From Paecilomyces variotii (lineage: Eukaryota), in NCBI GenBank assembly GCA_004022145.1, contig RCNU01000001.1: a stretch of DNA of 64,000 nt, one strand, 5' to 3'. A model generated the notes under the pieces. It ran no database searches, was not told the origin of the DNA, and was given only the letters and a program-made list of their open reading frames with translations. Of the stretch, positions 36,167 through 48,908 are shown one piece after another. The translations under genes were made by a program, and so were the position numbers. How positions within the stretch are numbered: the stretch's first letter is position 1; every line of letters begins with the position of its first letter.

Positions 36167-37133
36167 ATGGACTCGCTCACGACTCACCCTTCGACCGCAC
36201 AGCAGGCGAAGGCCTTCACGTCTCCGGCCTCTCTGTCCTTTCCCGGTGGCGCTGGCGATCTGACACCGCCTTCGTCTGAAAAGGAGGGAATCTTGGCCAA
36301 CGGTAGCCAGAACGGCAGCGTGAATGGTCAGCAGCCAGGAGGGAATGCAGCCGGTAATGGGGTGACGCCCGCAACTCCCGCTGCGACTCCTGGTGCTAAC
36401 AATCCGGGGAGCGGCATTGTGCCTACGTTGCAGTGAGTATACTCTTGCTGTTCTTCTGGTCTACCAGAATGCTGAACTGGATTGTTTTCAAGAAACATTG
36501 TCGCAACTGTGAACCTTGATTGTCGCTTGGACCTGAAGACCATCGCGCTTCACGCACGCAATGCCGAGTATAATCCAAAGGTATAAATCTCCCCACCCTA
36601 TCAGGTGTTGCCATAGATTATATGGCTAAACATGCTCTTGTTATAGCGTTTCGCGGCCGTGATCATGCGTATCCGTGAGCCGAAGACCACCGCGTTGATC
36701 TTCGCCTCGGGTAAGATGGTCGTTACCGGTGCGAAATCTGAGGATGACTCGAAGCTGGCATCGAGGAAGTATGCTCGTATCATTCAGAAGCTCGGCTTCA
36801 ACGCGAAGTTCACGGATTTCAAGATCCAGAACATCGTCGGTTCCTGTGACATCAAGTTCCCCATTCGTCTGGAGGGCTTGGCTAGCCGCCACCACAACTT
36901 CAGCTCGTACGAGCCTGAGTTGTTCCCTGGTCTTATCTACCGCATGATGAAGCCGAAGATTGTTCTTCTGATCTTCGTCAGTGGAAAGATTGTATTGACC
37001 GGCGCCAAGGTCCGTGAAGAGATCTACCAGGCGTTCGAATTGATCTATCCTGTGCTTTCCGGTATGTGGATGACTAGTCTTGTCGGCAAGGCTCGATGCT
37101 AACATGGTTCCCCCAGACTTCCGCAAGGTCTAA
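36167..37133 (+). CDS. SPT15: TATA-binding protein; 4 coding exons
   Basis: [59 protein letters not shown]. Introns 36433-36492, 36581-36646 and 37062-37116. Confidence 0.98.
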
Positions 37134-38099
37134 AAGTCCTTTGAAGGAGCATCGCGGTCACAGGAGGATCGTTCCATAACTCCTCTTTGATTTCTGCCCC
37201 CCTTGTATTAACACTTTTCCGACGTTATACGTCTCTTTGATGAGGAAAGAGCACCCATAATTCCGTCCCTACCCATGGCTTAGCTCGTGGTCGGGTAGTG
37301 TATCTCCAAGCTCATTGTTCTCATCCCCCTTTCTTGTTTACGATTACCTGATGCTAGCATTTACACGGCGTTCTTAGCGATTCGGGGAGTGATGGTTGTC
37401 TTCTATTTCGAGAAAAGAAACGATTTACACTAGAAAGTCGCACATCCCGCAGACTTGAGGAGCGGTGCGTGTGCGCTGGTCGAATGGGTGCCGTCTCCTA
37501 ATTTATCTCCCTTGCCACCCTATTCCGTGCACGTTTCTATCTTCACTTCTAGTTTTTCGCCTCCATTATTCCCGGTGGCTCCTTTTTTACCGTCTTTATT
37601 GATTGAATGTGGTGTTGCTTATGCGCACTAGCTTTTAAGTTGTTTACGATTCCCGGCGGAGGGGTTGACGGAGCTAGGGTCGAGAAAATTGGTATCGTGG
37701 TTTTCCGTGGACGGGATGACTTGGTTTGGTCAATTCTTGAAATGATACAACAGTGTTACAATAGGCCTGACAATTTGCACGGAATGAAACAGATACGGCC
37801 CAATCTTTTATCCTCTTCAAAGTAGCATGTCCTCTTGGCCACAGTTTTCGTAGATCGGCAATCGCTTTGTAGGGCACCTGGATTGGCTGTAGTTTTAAAT
37901 GCCCGACACAGTAGTTAGCGAAGTGTTGAGTGTTCCGAACGTCTCACCATGGTAACTTGTGCACCGCGGCAGATTATGTATGTCACATTTCATCACTCTT
38001 AATTGTGTTCCTGTTACCTGTTAACCCACCATAAAACTATCAGTCTTCTGCGCCACCATCTCTGATTCACTAAATTCGTCTTATTACTATCTTGTAACC

Positions 38100-38613
38100 A
38101 TGAGCTACTCTCCAATAGTAAGTTATATCTAACTGATACCCTAGGTTCGTCCTAACTATATGGTCTAATAAAACCTAGCACCGAGAAGTCCCTGAAGGAT
38201 GGACTACCGACCCTTTTTACGCATCATTTCCCATCAAAGGAAGATGGGCGAAGATTGCGAAAAGATGTGGTCTTGTAAATCCAGTAGGCCTCATGCATGA
38301 CTCTCCGGAGTCAGGGGAAACCATGGGTTTAATTTCAGCTGGAGGGCGGTATTTCTTCACGGATGATATGACATGGTCTATTTTCGAGATTATTAAGCCA
38401 AAGACTCTGGATGAGATCTTGAAGATGATGTTTGATGGGAAAGAGAGATTGATTAAGACGAAACGTTTGGAGGAAGTGATGACGAAGGAGGATCTGGAGG
38501 AGGAGAAGAAGGAGAAGGAGGCACGTCTTGCGTCACTGGAGCAGGCAATGAAGGATAACAGAATTCCTGGACTGGGAGGCAATAGACTAGGTGGTAATGT
38601 CTCACCATGCTAG
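38100..38613 (+). CDS. Hypothetical protein, about 150 aa; 2 exons
   Basis: Exon 38100-38117 (MSYSPI) and intron 38118-38178 (GTAAGT..CTAAT..TAG) extend ORF 38293-38613 in frame (HREVPEGWTTDPFY...). Confidence 0.65.
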
Positions 38614-38790
38614 TTCTCGTGTCTCCGTCTAGTCGCGCCGATTCCTGTCCTTCTTGCGGAAAATGGTCACCCTTGAAAGGAATGTTCTATGTATTGGTAA
38701 GTATTGACAGTCAGTTAATGGCATCCATCTCCTATGTACAGTCCGTTATATATCTACTTCGAATGGCTAAAGTCACGCAGTATCCCTCGC

Positions 38791-40421
38791 TCATAACGAT
38801 GCTTTCCCCTTGACCAACTCCTCCATCAACTTCAGCCCTTTTGGTCCGGATCGACTGCCATCCTCACATCCCTCGAACGGCACCAGTTCTTCACCCTCCG
38901 CGAAGGCGGGCCATTCCCAGAGCTCACGCAGACCGTCTTCCAAGTTTCCCTCGATGGCATCGACGATCTTTTCACCAAGAACGGGCAGGAACTTGTAGCC
39001 GTGGCCGCTTCCACCTGTGGCGATGAAGAGGCCAGGATGGTCAGGGTGATAGCTGATTATGAAGTCGCCCTTGGGGCTATTTTAATGGAAATATGATTGT
39101 CAGTTGTGGAGTCCGTGTCGAGTAATAATAGGGGTAGAGAACGTACGTATCAGTATACCAGCAGACCCGCGTTTTGCAGAAGGGTCTATCTGCAAACGCA
39201 GGCAACATCTCCCGCAAAGCGTTTCTGCAGGCCTTTTCACCTTCAGGTGGTAATGGGACATCCGTCTCTGGCAGACTGACCTCCATGGTCGCGCCAGCGT
39301 CTCCTTTCGGGCCTGGGACGGGCACTCGTTTCGGATTGAGGTATCCATATGCGTGGCGAGCAACCTTGAGGAGATTTTTGCGGGGCGGGATGATAAACAT
39401 GCCTGTAGAGAAGCTCAAAAGAGTCGGCATCTGGGCTAGTCGTCTCTCTTCCTCGTCCGTTATGCGAATATATGCGAGGGCTTGCCCGGTACTTTGCGCC
39501 TTGCCGCGTAGGTCCACGAGCTTAGGAGTCCATGCGCCTGTCGCCAGGACGATCAGATCTGCGGTGATTGTCGTGTTATCACTCAGACGCACACCGGTAG
39601 CTCTCAATTGACTCTTCTTGCCGTTCCCGTTCCCATTCGCCTGCTCCTTGTCCTCGGTGAAGATGACCCTTTCTACCTCCCCTGTCTTGAATACCACCTT
39701 TCCTCCTTTCTCAAGTAACTCTCTGGTAAATCGCACTCCTGCCTCTGCGTCCGACCATCCAGAACCCCAGTTCACATATCCTCCAGCGACATCGTTGCCA
39801 ACGCCGTATCCTGGCATCACTCTCTCCACGTCTACTTTCGTCGGCAGGAACTCAACCTTGTCCGCCTCGATTGCTTTCATGTTCTCATAGCTCTTGCGCA
39901 CATACTTCCCAGCGGTGCTGTCAGCATTCGAATATACGAGAACTAGGCCATTCTCAGAATATCGGCCCTCTTTGCCCCAATCAGTGGTACGCCAGCGAGC
40001 AATGGCATCCGCAGCCAATTTAGCATAGGCTGCATTGGCGTAATCGGCGCGCACGATGCGAGATGTGTCGACTGAGGAGCCATGTGGGTTCGGAATAGTC
40101 TGTGCTTGCTCGAGGACGGTTACCTGGCACTCTGGATGTCGGTTTGATAGAGCGAGGGCCGTGGATACTGCGCTGGATCAGTATATTGATTGTCTCTATC
40201 TCGATGAGTGGCGATGGGCAAAATATGTAGATCTGTGTGCAGGGGACGATACGGTATGAGGGAACGATGAAAGAATCGACCACGAGAACGCAGACAACAA
40301 GGTGAATGACAGCAAGGCAGCTTATTTGTGTAGTTGACTTCGAGGGAACAACGGGCCACTACTGACATCCAAATACCCCTGCTCCTACAATCAATACCGA
40401 TTGTGGTAGCGTGTGCACCAT
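38791..40421 (-). CDS. FAD-dependent oxidase, sarcosine oxidase / fructosyl-amine oxidase / pipecolate oxidase family
   Basis: LIVGAGVFG|LSTAL FAD motif, SVDTSRIVRADY, LATGAWT, RVCWYTDT, ATGGSGHGYKF. Introns 40168-40366 and 39077-39146; ends KGKASL*. Confidence 0.92.
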
Positions 40422-41425
40422 TTTCTCGGCAGTCAAGGGTGCGATTGGGACCTGTATCTAGGAGAACAGACGAATCGCTCAGTCTTGCGGAATGCCTCTC
40501 CTGTTCCGTTTCACGCGGGGACACCTTTGATCTTTATATCGGCAGATGAACCAACGCAGTGCGAGCCTTATCGATAAGGACCGGCCCGGGCGTTCTTGGC
40601 TTCGGCTGCGAACTCGGCCGGCAACACGCCAGACATTCTCTCCAGTCTATGCTCGATCAGTGTCTGTTCTACATGGGACCCATGACCGTTGTCCATTGCG
40701 TCCAATTGAGCGATCGCGTTTAGAACTATACGTTTTCGAGCTTGTATATTCGAGTTATACGTGCTGGTTTCGGTGATAATTGGCTCTTGCGTACGTATTT
40801 TCCATTGCTTTCTTTCTCTTGGATGTTTTGGCACAGTTGATTGATCTAGCCGATAGATACGTCTTTCATTGTATACCAAAACCTAATCTCATTCTGTTCT
40901 CACACGGAGGCTTTTTGGACTGGTCAGAAGCCTCTTGTTGTGGTTGATCAGAGAAGCTGGACGTTCAGTGTTGAGTAACTCTCTCGGACGACCAATTGAA
41001 CATCCAGCTCGAGTTTCGACAATGACAACGTCGCCAGATGGAGGGCCCCGTGGGCCTAATAAAGTTAAACCTCGTCTACATGGTCGAACTCCAGCGCCTG
41101 AGAAGAAATTGCCTTCGATGGGTAGACACAGGTTAGTATTTGTCGAAGCTCTCCTATGCGGAAATGCCGGGGAAGAGGTCCTTATAAATCATATTTATCT
41201 GACTCCCAGCATATAATTCATGTTTGATTACTCCGACTGTAGCTTTTTTTCCCTCTGTTGTCTTGCATTAGAAGAAGAAAAGGGTATACCGTTACATCGT
41301 CAGCTGTCATATTCTGACTATCTATCCCAAGGGCACCACCTACAGCGCATTCTCATCTGAGACGCGCGAATCCCCATCTGACTGCTGTTTCTTCTGCTGC
41401 TGCTCCCAAGCCATCAGGGACATCA

Positions 41426-42274
41426 ATGTCGCCCAAGGCAATGACGGTTTTTGGCGTTGGTATTCTCGCAATCAGCAGCTACTGTGGATATCTGTACACT
41501 TCTTACAGACAGGACGTGGCCAGGTCACGGTCCCTTTCTGTCCCGGATGATGTGACCGATCGTTACGACCAGACGGCGCCTAGCTACGACGCAGAAGTTG
41601 AGATGGGCGAGAAGGTGATGCGGTTGGGCAAGAGACGAAAGGAACTGGTACAGATGGCACGCGGAGACGTGCTGGAAGTGAGCTGTGGAACTGGACGAAA
41701 TATGGATTACTACGACCTAGGCGAACGAAGGGGAGTCGATGCCAACGGGAAAGCTGAGCTGAAGGGATGTCGATCTGTTACGTTTGTCGATCTCAGCCCA
41801 GTGATGATCGAGATTGCTCGCAAGAAGTTCGAAAAGCTATATCCCGGTTTCCAGAAAGTGGCATTCCAAGTGGGCGATGCAAGTCAGATTGCGCCCTCGC
41901 CTCCGGCTGGCAAGACACCACCGACGGTAACCCGAAAGCCCTACTTCGATACAGTCCTAGAGACTATGGGCCTCTGCTCCACGCCTGATCCTGTGGCGCT
42001 TCTTCGCCATCTTGGTGACCTCACTGAGCCTGCGCAGGGACGGATCCTGCTGCTTGAACACGGTCGGTCGTATTACGGCTGGTTGAATAACATCCTGGAT
42101 AACCTAGCACCAGCACATGCGAATCGACACGGCTGTTGGTGGAATCGGGACATTGGCGATATTGTTGAGAAGAGTGGATTGGAGGTTGTTGAGATCAAGA
42201 GATATCACCTTGGGACAACTTGGAGGGTCATTCTGAGACCTAGGAAGGAAACGAGAATCGAGGAGGTAAAATGA
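41426..42274 (+). CDS. OMS1: SAM-dependent methyltransferase, OMS1-like; the true start may lie in an upstream exon
   Basis: N-terminal TM segment, VLEVSCGTGRN, ETMGLCS, ILLLEHGRS, HGCWWNRDI. The frame stays open back to a possible acceptor near 41331. Confidence 0.8.
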   Translation: MSPKAMTVFGVGILAISSYCGYLYTSYRQDVARSRSLSVPDDVTDRYDQTAPSYDAEVEMGEKVMRLGKRRKELVQMARGDVLEVSCGTGRNMDYYDLGERRGVDANGKAELKGCRSVTFVDLSPVMIEIARKKFEKLYPGFQKVAFQVGDASQIAPSPPAGKTPPTVTRKPYFDTVLETMGLCSTPDPVALLRHLGDLTEPAQGRILLLEHGRSYYGWLNNILDNLAPAHANRHGCWWNRDIGDIVEKSGLEVVEIKRYHLGTTWRVILRPRKETRIEEVK

Positions 42275-42554
42275 GAACTAACTTCTTGAATCACGGTAGA
42301 AAAGGGATTCTTGTCTTACGGATAGAGCGGGACTGGACGTCCTAAAGTGTACTATTATCTTCATTTATGCTGATCGATAGAAGAATGTTAGATTGTGTGT
42401 CAATAGAGAGATACGGCCGGGTATAATGTATGCTGGCTAGTCTTGTGTTATTTTAATTCTATTATATTCATTCTTACAGATGTCCGTAGCAATAATGCTT
42501 GTGTTTTTGTTTATGTTCCATGACAGGGTCAAGCGGGATGTTGGTCATTGATAG

Positions 42555-42575
42555 TATATATATATATATATATAT
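42555..42575. repeat. (TA)10 microsatellite
   Basis: Uninterrupted TA run. Confidence 0.95.
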
Positions 42576-45500
42576 CCGGGAGACATAATACCCGCCGAAC
42601 CACGAATATGCTCTTCACCAGCCCCCGTTAAAAACCATCGACCACACGAAATCCACCATATCACGTCGCGAAAGTTGGCGGCTAAACTCGTTTGCCGAAA
42701 GGACCATGATATCCTCGTTCAGAGTAGAATCTCCTAGATTCGTGGAATATGGCCCATTGGGTGATTCTTGTGTGCTGTACTGTAGATACTGATGCTAAGG
42801 TAGTGGAAGCTTAATTCTTTCAGCACGGTACAAACGAACTCCTAAGGAGTGTTTACAGTTACGAGAAAAAGGGGCTGTCGACCTTTAACTACATAGCTGT
42901 TAAAGTGATTTGTTCCGGCGCCAAAGGTATGGTGTTAACTGTTTGAGTAAGGACTTTCTTCAAAATGCGAGAGGTCGTCGCAGATAAAACAAATCACCAA
43001 AGACAGCATTTAGTACTTTGTTTTTTGATTTACAAGCTGTTTTCGTGTCAAAGCGTCGCTACTATGAAGTATTTTAGATCGCAGCCATCTAGATTCTACA
43101 ACAAAGCGTCAATGCGGGGTTCGGCGTTTCCACCCGCGGAGAAAAACTCCCGGTCCGACTGCCTGGGTTGGTAAGGTCGATCACCACCATTTCTTGCTTG
43201 GAGCTCCGTATATCAGGATTTCTTTGTTTGCTTAACTCTATCATTACTCCAGAGCTTCGTTGATTGCCTTGACCAGTTGGGACGGGAAAGAAACAGTCCC
43301 CACGGATGAGGTAAATCTCCGCGGAACGAGAAGGATATGCGTCAGGAAACTAGACGATATACTGTAATGGACCTGTGCAAAGAGCAATTACCTGGACTAT
43401 TTTCATTGCGTAGTGTAACAAGAGTCTGTCTTTCTCTCCCCGCGGGTGAATGTGACTGCTATTCAATGGGATAGGAGGAAGGATGCAGAGAGAGCTGCGC
43501 TCAGTCCCAGCTCCGTTTGTCATGGCGCATTCCTGCATTAGTTAGGAGGCGCGGATGTATGTAAGTCCATGTAAGGCTGGCAAGCTATCATAATAATACT
43601 CCATAGGTGGGCTGAGCTTATCCTGCTTGTTGCTGGCTTGATACGAGATCCCTGATGACTTGACTTGCTGGTGTATATCCAACCAAGCCTTTTGCATCAG
43701 CATGCTGCACGTCAGACATAACGGCAGCCTGCGGTGGCTCATCCAGCTGCCAACCGAGTCGATGTCCAGTTAGAGCAGATATGCAGGCTGTGGTTTCTTT
43801 TTTTACCAAGAACTGATGCCCGCGTGTAGTAGTTATGTGGCGCCCACAGAGATGGAATGTCCAGGTTTAGAACACTCTTCCTACATGGCAGGGATACGCT
43901 ATTATTACAGTACATCCCATAGTGAGAGTTCTGATCGCAGATTGGCATAGATAATAGAGTACAGAGTAGTCTGACTTACTTATCTAGTGAGAATATTGTG
44001 AATCATAATTGTATCGCTGTTCGGCTGCCCTTGCTGGCTGCAGCACTCTAGTGAAGCTCGTCAACCACCCGGAAACGTTCTGTGTTTCCACATCCCCCTC
44101 ATCCATCATCACCATCAACATCAACGCCAGCAACATCGCTATTATTATTGTGGCCATCATAATCCATCCATCCCTTTTCTGGCCAGCTTTATCTAGACCC
44201 ACTGCCTGATACCCTCGAGAACCTCGGTTTCAGAATGGTTAGTGGTTGGTTCGTGAGGTGTGCTCGATTCGTCTGATCAAGAACCCCTCACATCGTCAGT
44301 CCCATTTTGACTCGGTGCTAATCACTTCATGGCATCATTACTATCGTCATCTGCGTCTCAGAGAAGATGTCCAAATGCCACTTCGTTACGGTCGTGGAGA
44401 GTTTCGATGCGCCAGATGAGATCTTCGGACCCGCGCAAGCAACCCGTCTCTCCTGTCGTATGCCTCACCTACTATTTTGCTACTGAGTGACGAGTTTCTA
44501 TGGTAGACATAGTTGGACTTAGCTCCCAAGGGCGTCCTTCCACTCTGCTCTAGAGTCTACTCCAGACAGCCCCATGGGTCTTGGTCTTGCTGGGCTACGC
44601 AGTGTAAGTGGCAAGCAAGCCCTTTTGATCCACGCCGCTAACCATCCACTACTGATCTCTCGACCGCTCAGAAAAATGATCCTCTAAAGCAAAGCAGCAA
44701 ATTTTCTGCCGGCTTTTTCTCGTCTAAAAGAGACTAGCGATTCATTTTTTTTCCCTTCCTAAGTTCCTGCCGCCTTGAGCAACCATTCCGCTGTTGGACC
44801 GGCGCGGGATCAAGACGAAGCCGTGGCTCGCGCTTCCACTAGCGGATGCTGTCCGGTGCGCTCTCCAACGACGAGAATGAACCGCTAGGCCAAGCGATCG
44901 TCATCCTTGGGGACCGATTTGCTGGGCGAGCACCCTCTGCCTTCTTTTCGTGTTCTTTTTCCTTCGCGACTACTGCACTCCAGAGGGCCCGCAACTCCCC
45001 CTATACTAAGAACAGTGTAGAGCGACGCTTGGGCTCCTTACCGGGAAAGACGACGCCGCCTCCGAAAAACTCGTCCACTGCGACTGGCCAGGCTCGGCCA
45101 CAGAGTTCGGCGTTCGCCTCCCTGAGATCGATTTTCTTTTTTTTTTTTTTTAAATCCTCTGGATAGCGTCGAGTAGCTAGCTGCAGGTTGGCGTCCAGCA
45201 CCATCCGTCATCTTCCACGCCCGGTCCCCAAACTGTCGCGTCGCTTTCTCTCTGTTCAGTATTATTATACGCCACCAGGAGGACATTATTATTATTATTC
45301 TGTCTCCTAGCTCGAGCATATGGTGGTAACTTATTATTGTACAATACTATACATCAGTCGACTCAGCTACGAACCTTAGCTCGGGGGTCTATCTCTGTAT
45401 CCTCGGGAAGTTTACAGGCAGTCTCGGTCGTCATAGACGCATAGTGCAGCCTACGGCCCGGTTTCTTGCATAGCTTGTTGGTCAGTGATATCTGGTGAGT

Positions 45501-46118
45501 TGGTTCTGGTTTTGTGGTTCCATTGCAGAAGACAGCATATATTATTATTATTATCTTGCTGCTCATTATTGTTTATTCTTTTCCTGCTCCTTTGGTGACC
45601 GCCTTACCCGCTGTTTCTCATCGCCAGGCGTCGCCTATCCGACAACTCCAGATTGCCCCTGCATGGCGGTGTGACGGGTCCATCGCTGGAGCAAACCTTG
45701 GCTGAACTTGAACTGACGCACCCACTTGGGATAGGAATCGCCTCACGCTGGTTGGATCTCAGTGTCTTTGTTTGTGCTCGTTGGATCCTCCCTGTCGCAT
45801 TCCTGTTCATACCGCTCTCGCCGTCGAATCAGCGTTGCCACAACTAACGGTCGCATGCTCTCTCTTCTCCCGCCTTTCCAGCTGAAACCCACAACAAACT
45901 TGCCTCTCTCCAGCTGCCGGGACACCGACTCCAGTTGACTGCCATCCTTTCGCCCCTTCGCAACAATCAACTCTCTCCCTCCTCCCCTATCCCTATACAT
46001 CCATACATATTCGTTCAATTGAAATACAAAAAAACGCTCCTTTTTTTGTTGTTTTTGTATTACTATCCCTCCCTCTCCATCTGTCACTCACTCCGGAAAA
46101 GAAAACAATAAATCGAAT

Positions 46119-47797
46119 ATGCCTTATAATACTCGTCGGAAGTCCCTATCGCTGCCATCGCTGGGCATTCACCTCCCGAACGCCTCCCGCGCACATCGAT
46201 CACCGTCCGCCTCCAAGTTGCCCGCCCCAACAGACGCACAACTACCACCATCCAAGAAGGTGAAGAGGTCGCACGACCGGGAGTCGCAGTCGCCGGACGC
46301 TGAAGCAACTGGTTATCGCGACGGAAAGTCGTTGGGAGAGCAGGGTCGCGCGGGGCGCGGTACCTACGAGCACACTCCACCGCCTTCGCCCGCCGATGGT
46401 GTCGCCCCGAAGATCGATACAGAGGGGATCAACGATGATATCGTGGTCGCAGTGATCGAACAGTTGGAAAAGACTGGAAATCGACCGCACCTCATCAAGG
46501 AGCTAGCTGCCGTTCTCACGACGATCAATGAGAACGTCGCAAAGTACGTATATTTTTTTTGCCCTCTAACTTCTATCTCGTTCGCATTTAGCGCCCTGCG
46601 AAGAAAAAAAAATTATAAAATCAAAAATACAGGCTAACAATCTTGTGTAGCTCTGCGAACCCCGCAGCACTGCTGTCGTCCCGCTTGAGCGCCTACCTCA
46701 AGCGTCCCTGGTCTGCTTTGGCGCCCTGCCCACTTGCAAAGGAGCTTATTCCAGTTCACCCGCGCAAGGTGTTCTACTATCTCACCACTTGCGCGCACCA
46801 GCCTCTCCCTGAGACTTCAGATGATCTGATCATTGCTGGTTTGGACGGGAAGCAGATGACACCCAGTATCTCAAGCCTCGACCAGGACGAGGAGGATGCG
46901 CTTGCGCGGCAACGGAGTCCCAGCCCGGAGGTAGACCTGTCCTCTCCGGAATTCGAGGACGACAATATGGATCTGGCTGGTCACCACAATGCTGGTGGTT
47001 CCGGAGTCCCGGCTAACGGCTTCTCCGACCGTCGCAGCCAGCACCGGTTAGCCCACAACCACCGGGCAGCGTCTCCCCCTCTGGAAGGCGATGAGAGGGA
47101 ATTCACACAGACGGCTAGCTCTGTGCGAGAGCGGACGTCGGAAGAGAGAGCGCAGCGCCAGGATGGTGCCAAGGGTAATGCCCCTCAACTGTCTGAGGCC
47201 GCCTCAGAACTGAGTAGCGCGCTCGCCAGCTTTTCCGGCTCGCCAATGGACGAGGACCCTCTCTCGTCTGCCAGCGCCAGCGCTGTTCCGGAGGATCAGT
47301 ACAGTGACTACTTTTCGCGGATTGACTCCCGTGCCGCCGAGCAGGACCTCGACGAGGCAGCAGCCGTGACGCTCTTTGGCACTTCTCCGTCGCCATCGCT
47401 CTCGTCCACTGCATCCTCGATCTCGTCTGGTACGAGCGCTCCTTCTGAGATAGATGCGGACAGCGAGATGTGTACGACTACTGGTCTGCTCAAGCTGCAG
47501 CAGAACATGGCTGCCAGCGCCCGGGGCGCAAGCCCAGTGTCTGTGCCCGGCGACGCCAATGGTGCCACGGCTACAGCGCTGAAACGTTCCATCGACATGT
47601 TGGAGAATGATTTCTCCGGTGTTGACCTAAAGGTTGACCTGCAATTCGGTGAACATGACGCCAGAAAACCTCTAGCGAATCGCCCCTTTGGAGTAATGAC
47701 CATGGACTTTGACATGATCCGGGACTCGTGGAGTGAGCTGCAGAGCCCGGAAACCGTTGAGGTCGACGAACTCGATGAAATGTTCGGAGACTTCTAA
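46119..47797 (+). CDS. Gds1-like winged-helix domain protein; 2 exons
   Basis: MPYNTRRKSLSLPSLGI; NDDIVVAVIEQLEKTGNRPH...SANPAALLSSRL...HPRKVFYYL. Intron 46544-46650. Acidic C-terminus SPETVEVDELDEMF. Confidence 0.8.
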
Positions 47798-48908
47798 AAC
47801 AAACGCTCTCACCGTTTCAAGTATGATTTTTCGGATTTTACCTCCTTTTTAATACGTTTATATTTTCGGGGCGGGGCAAGACTGGACGGCGCCTTTTGTC
47901 ATTCTCGGCATTTGCATTACACCCAGGGGCTTTTGGCGTCACAAGTTATTCTTCGGCTTTTTTATCGACCGTTCTAACTCTATCTCCCCACTCTCGATAT
48001 GTGCGCTGTGCACTCTTGTGCAACGACATCCTCTTCCGGAACATTCTCCGATGTACTCTTATTGCAGAGGCTTGTTATGCTTCTGCTCCGCTCAATTGTG
48101 TACATGCATCTTAATACCCGCCTCGTTTTCTCTTCCCTCATGTTTTAACCTTTTTTTCCAGCCTGTTGTTGGGGTCCGAGGGTTATTTTATCTGTACATA
48201 TATATCTCTCTGTGTTTTTATGAGGGAGCTCGTCTCTTTTCCCTCGCTGTATTTATTTTGACGCCCTCGGGCCAGGAGCAGGCCCCCCAAAAAAGAAGAC
48301 AAGTCCAGGGATGGACTGAACGCGTTGTACGTTTTATGTGAGAAGGACAGGTGACGTTTCTGGGAAGACGGAGGGAAAACAAAACAAAATAAGGATCCAA
48401 AAGGGGATGAAGAAATGAGAAACATGTAATGTGATCTGTTTTAGCTCGTGGCGCTTTTTCACCACGCAATGTTGACGAGTCTTTTTTTATTGTCCTTGCC
48501 TATCCTATTTATCTCTCTATTTTCGCTCCATTATATCTCCATTATATCTATCTATTCTCTATTTCTTACTCGGATTCCGGGCTCTCGTATTCGTATTCGT
48601 ATTCTTTATACAATCTATGACAATCAGTTGAGAAAAAAAGTCCTTTTTCTTAACCTACTGCTTTCGTTTAATCACCGAGTATGCTAAGCTTATACTTTTC
48701 CCTACGGGAGAGCTATTTTAACATTAACATGCAGGAAAAAAAGAATAATAATAACGAAATTTATCTTCTCATTCATTCGAAGAATATAGATAGATCACTT
48801 GCTTGAAATCTAGCTGCTCGAATAAAAGAAGAAAAAGAAGTTAAAAAAAAAAACATCCCATCATGCGATTGATGATTGATGATTGATAATTGATGATATT
48901 AATGAACT

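Noticed and set aside
42600..46100. Hidden gene or ncRNA in the 3.5-kb gap before the Gds1-like gene
   Set aside because: No consistent exon chain, tRNA or snoRNA boxes found; probably an extended regulatory region.
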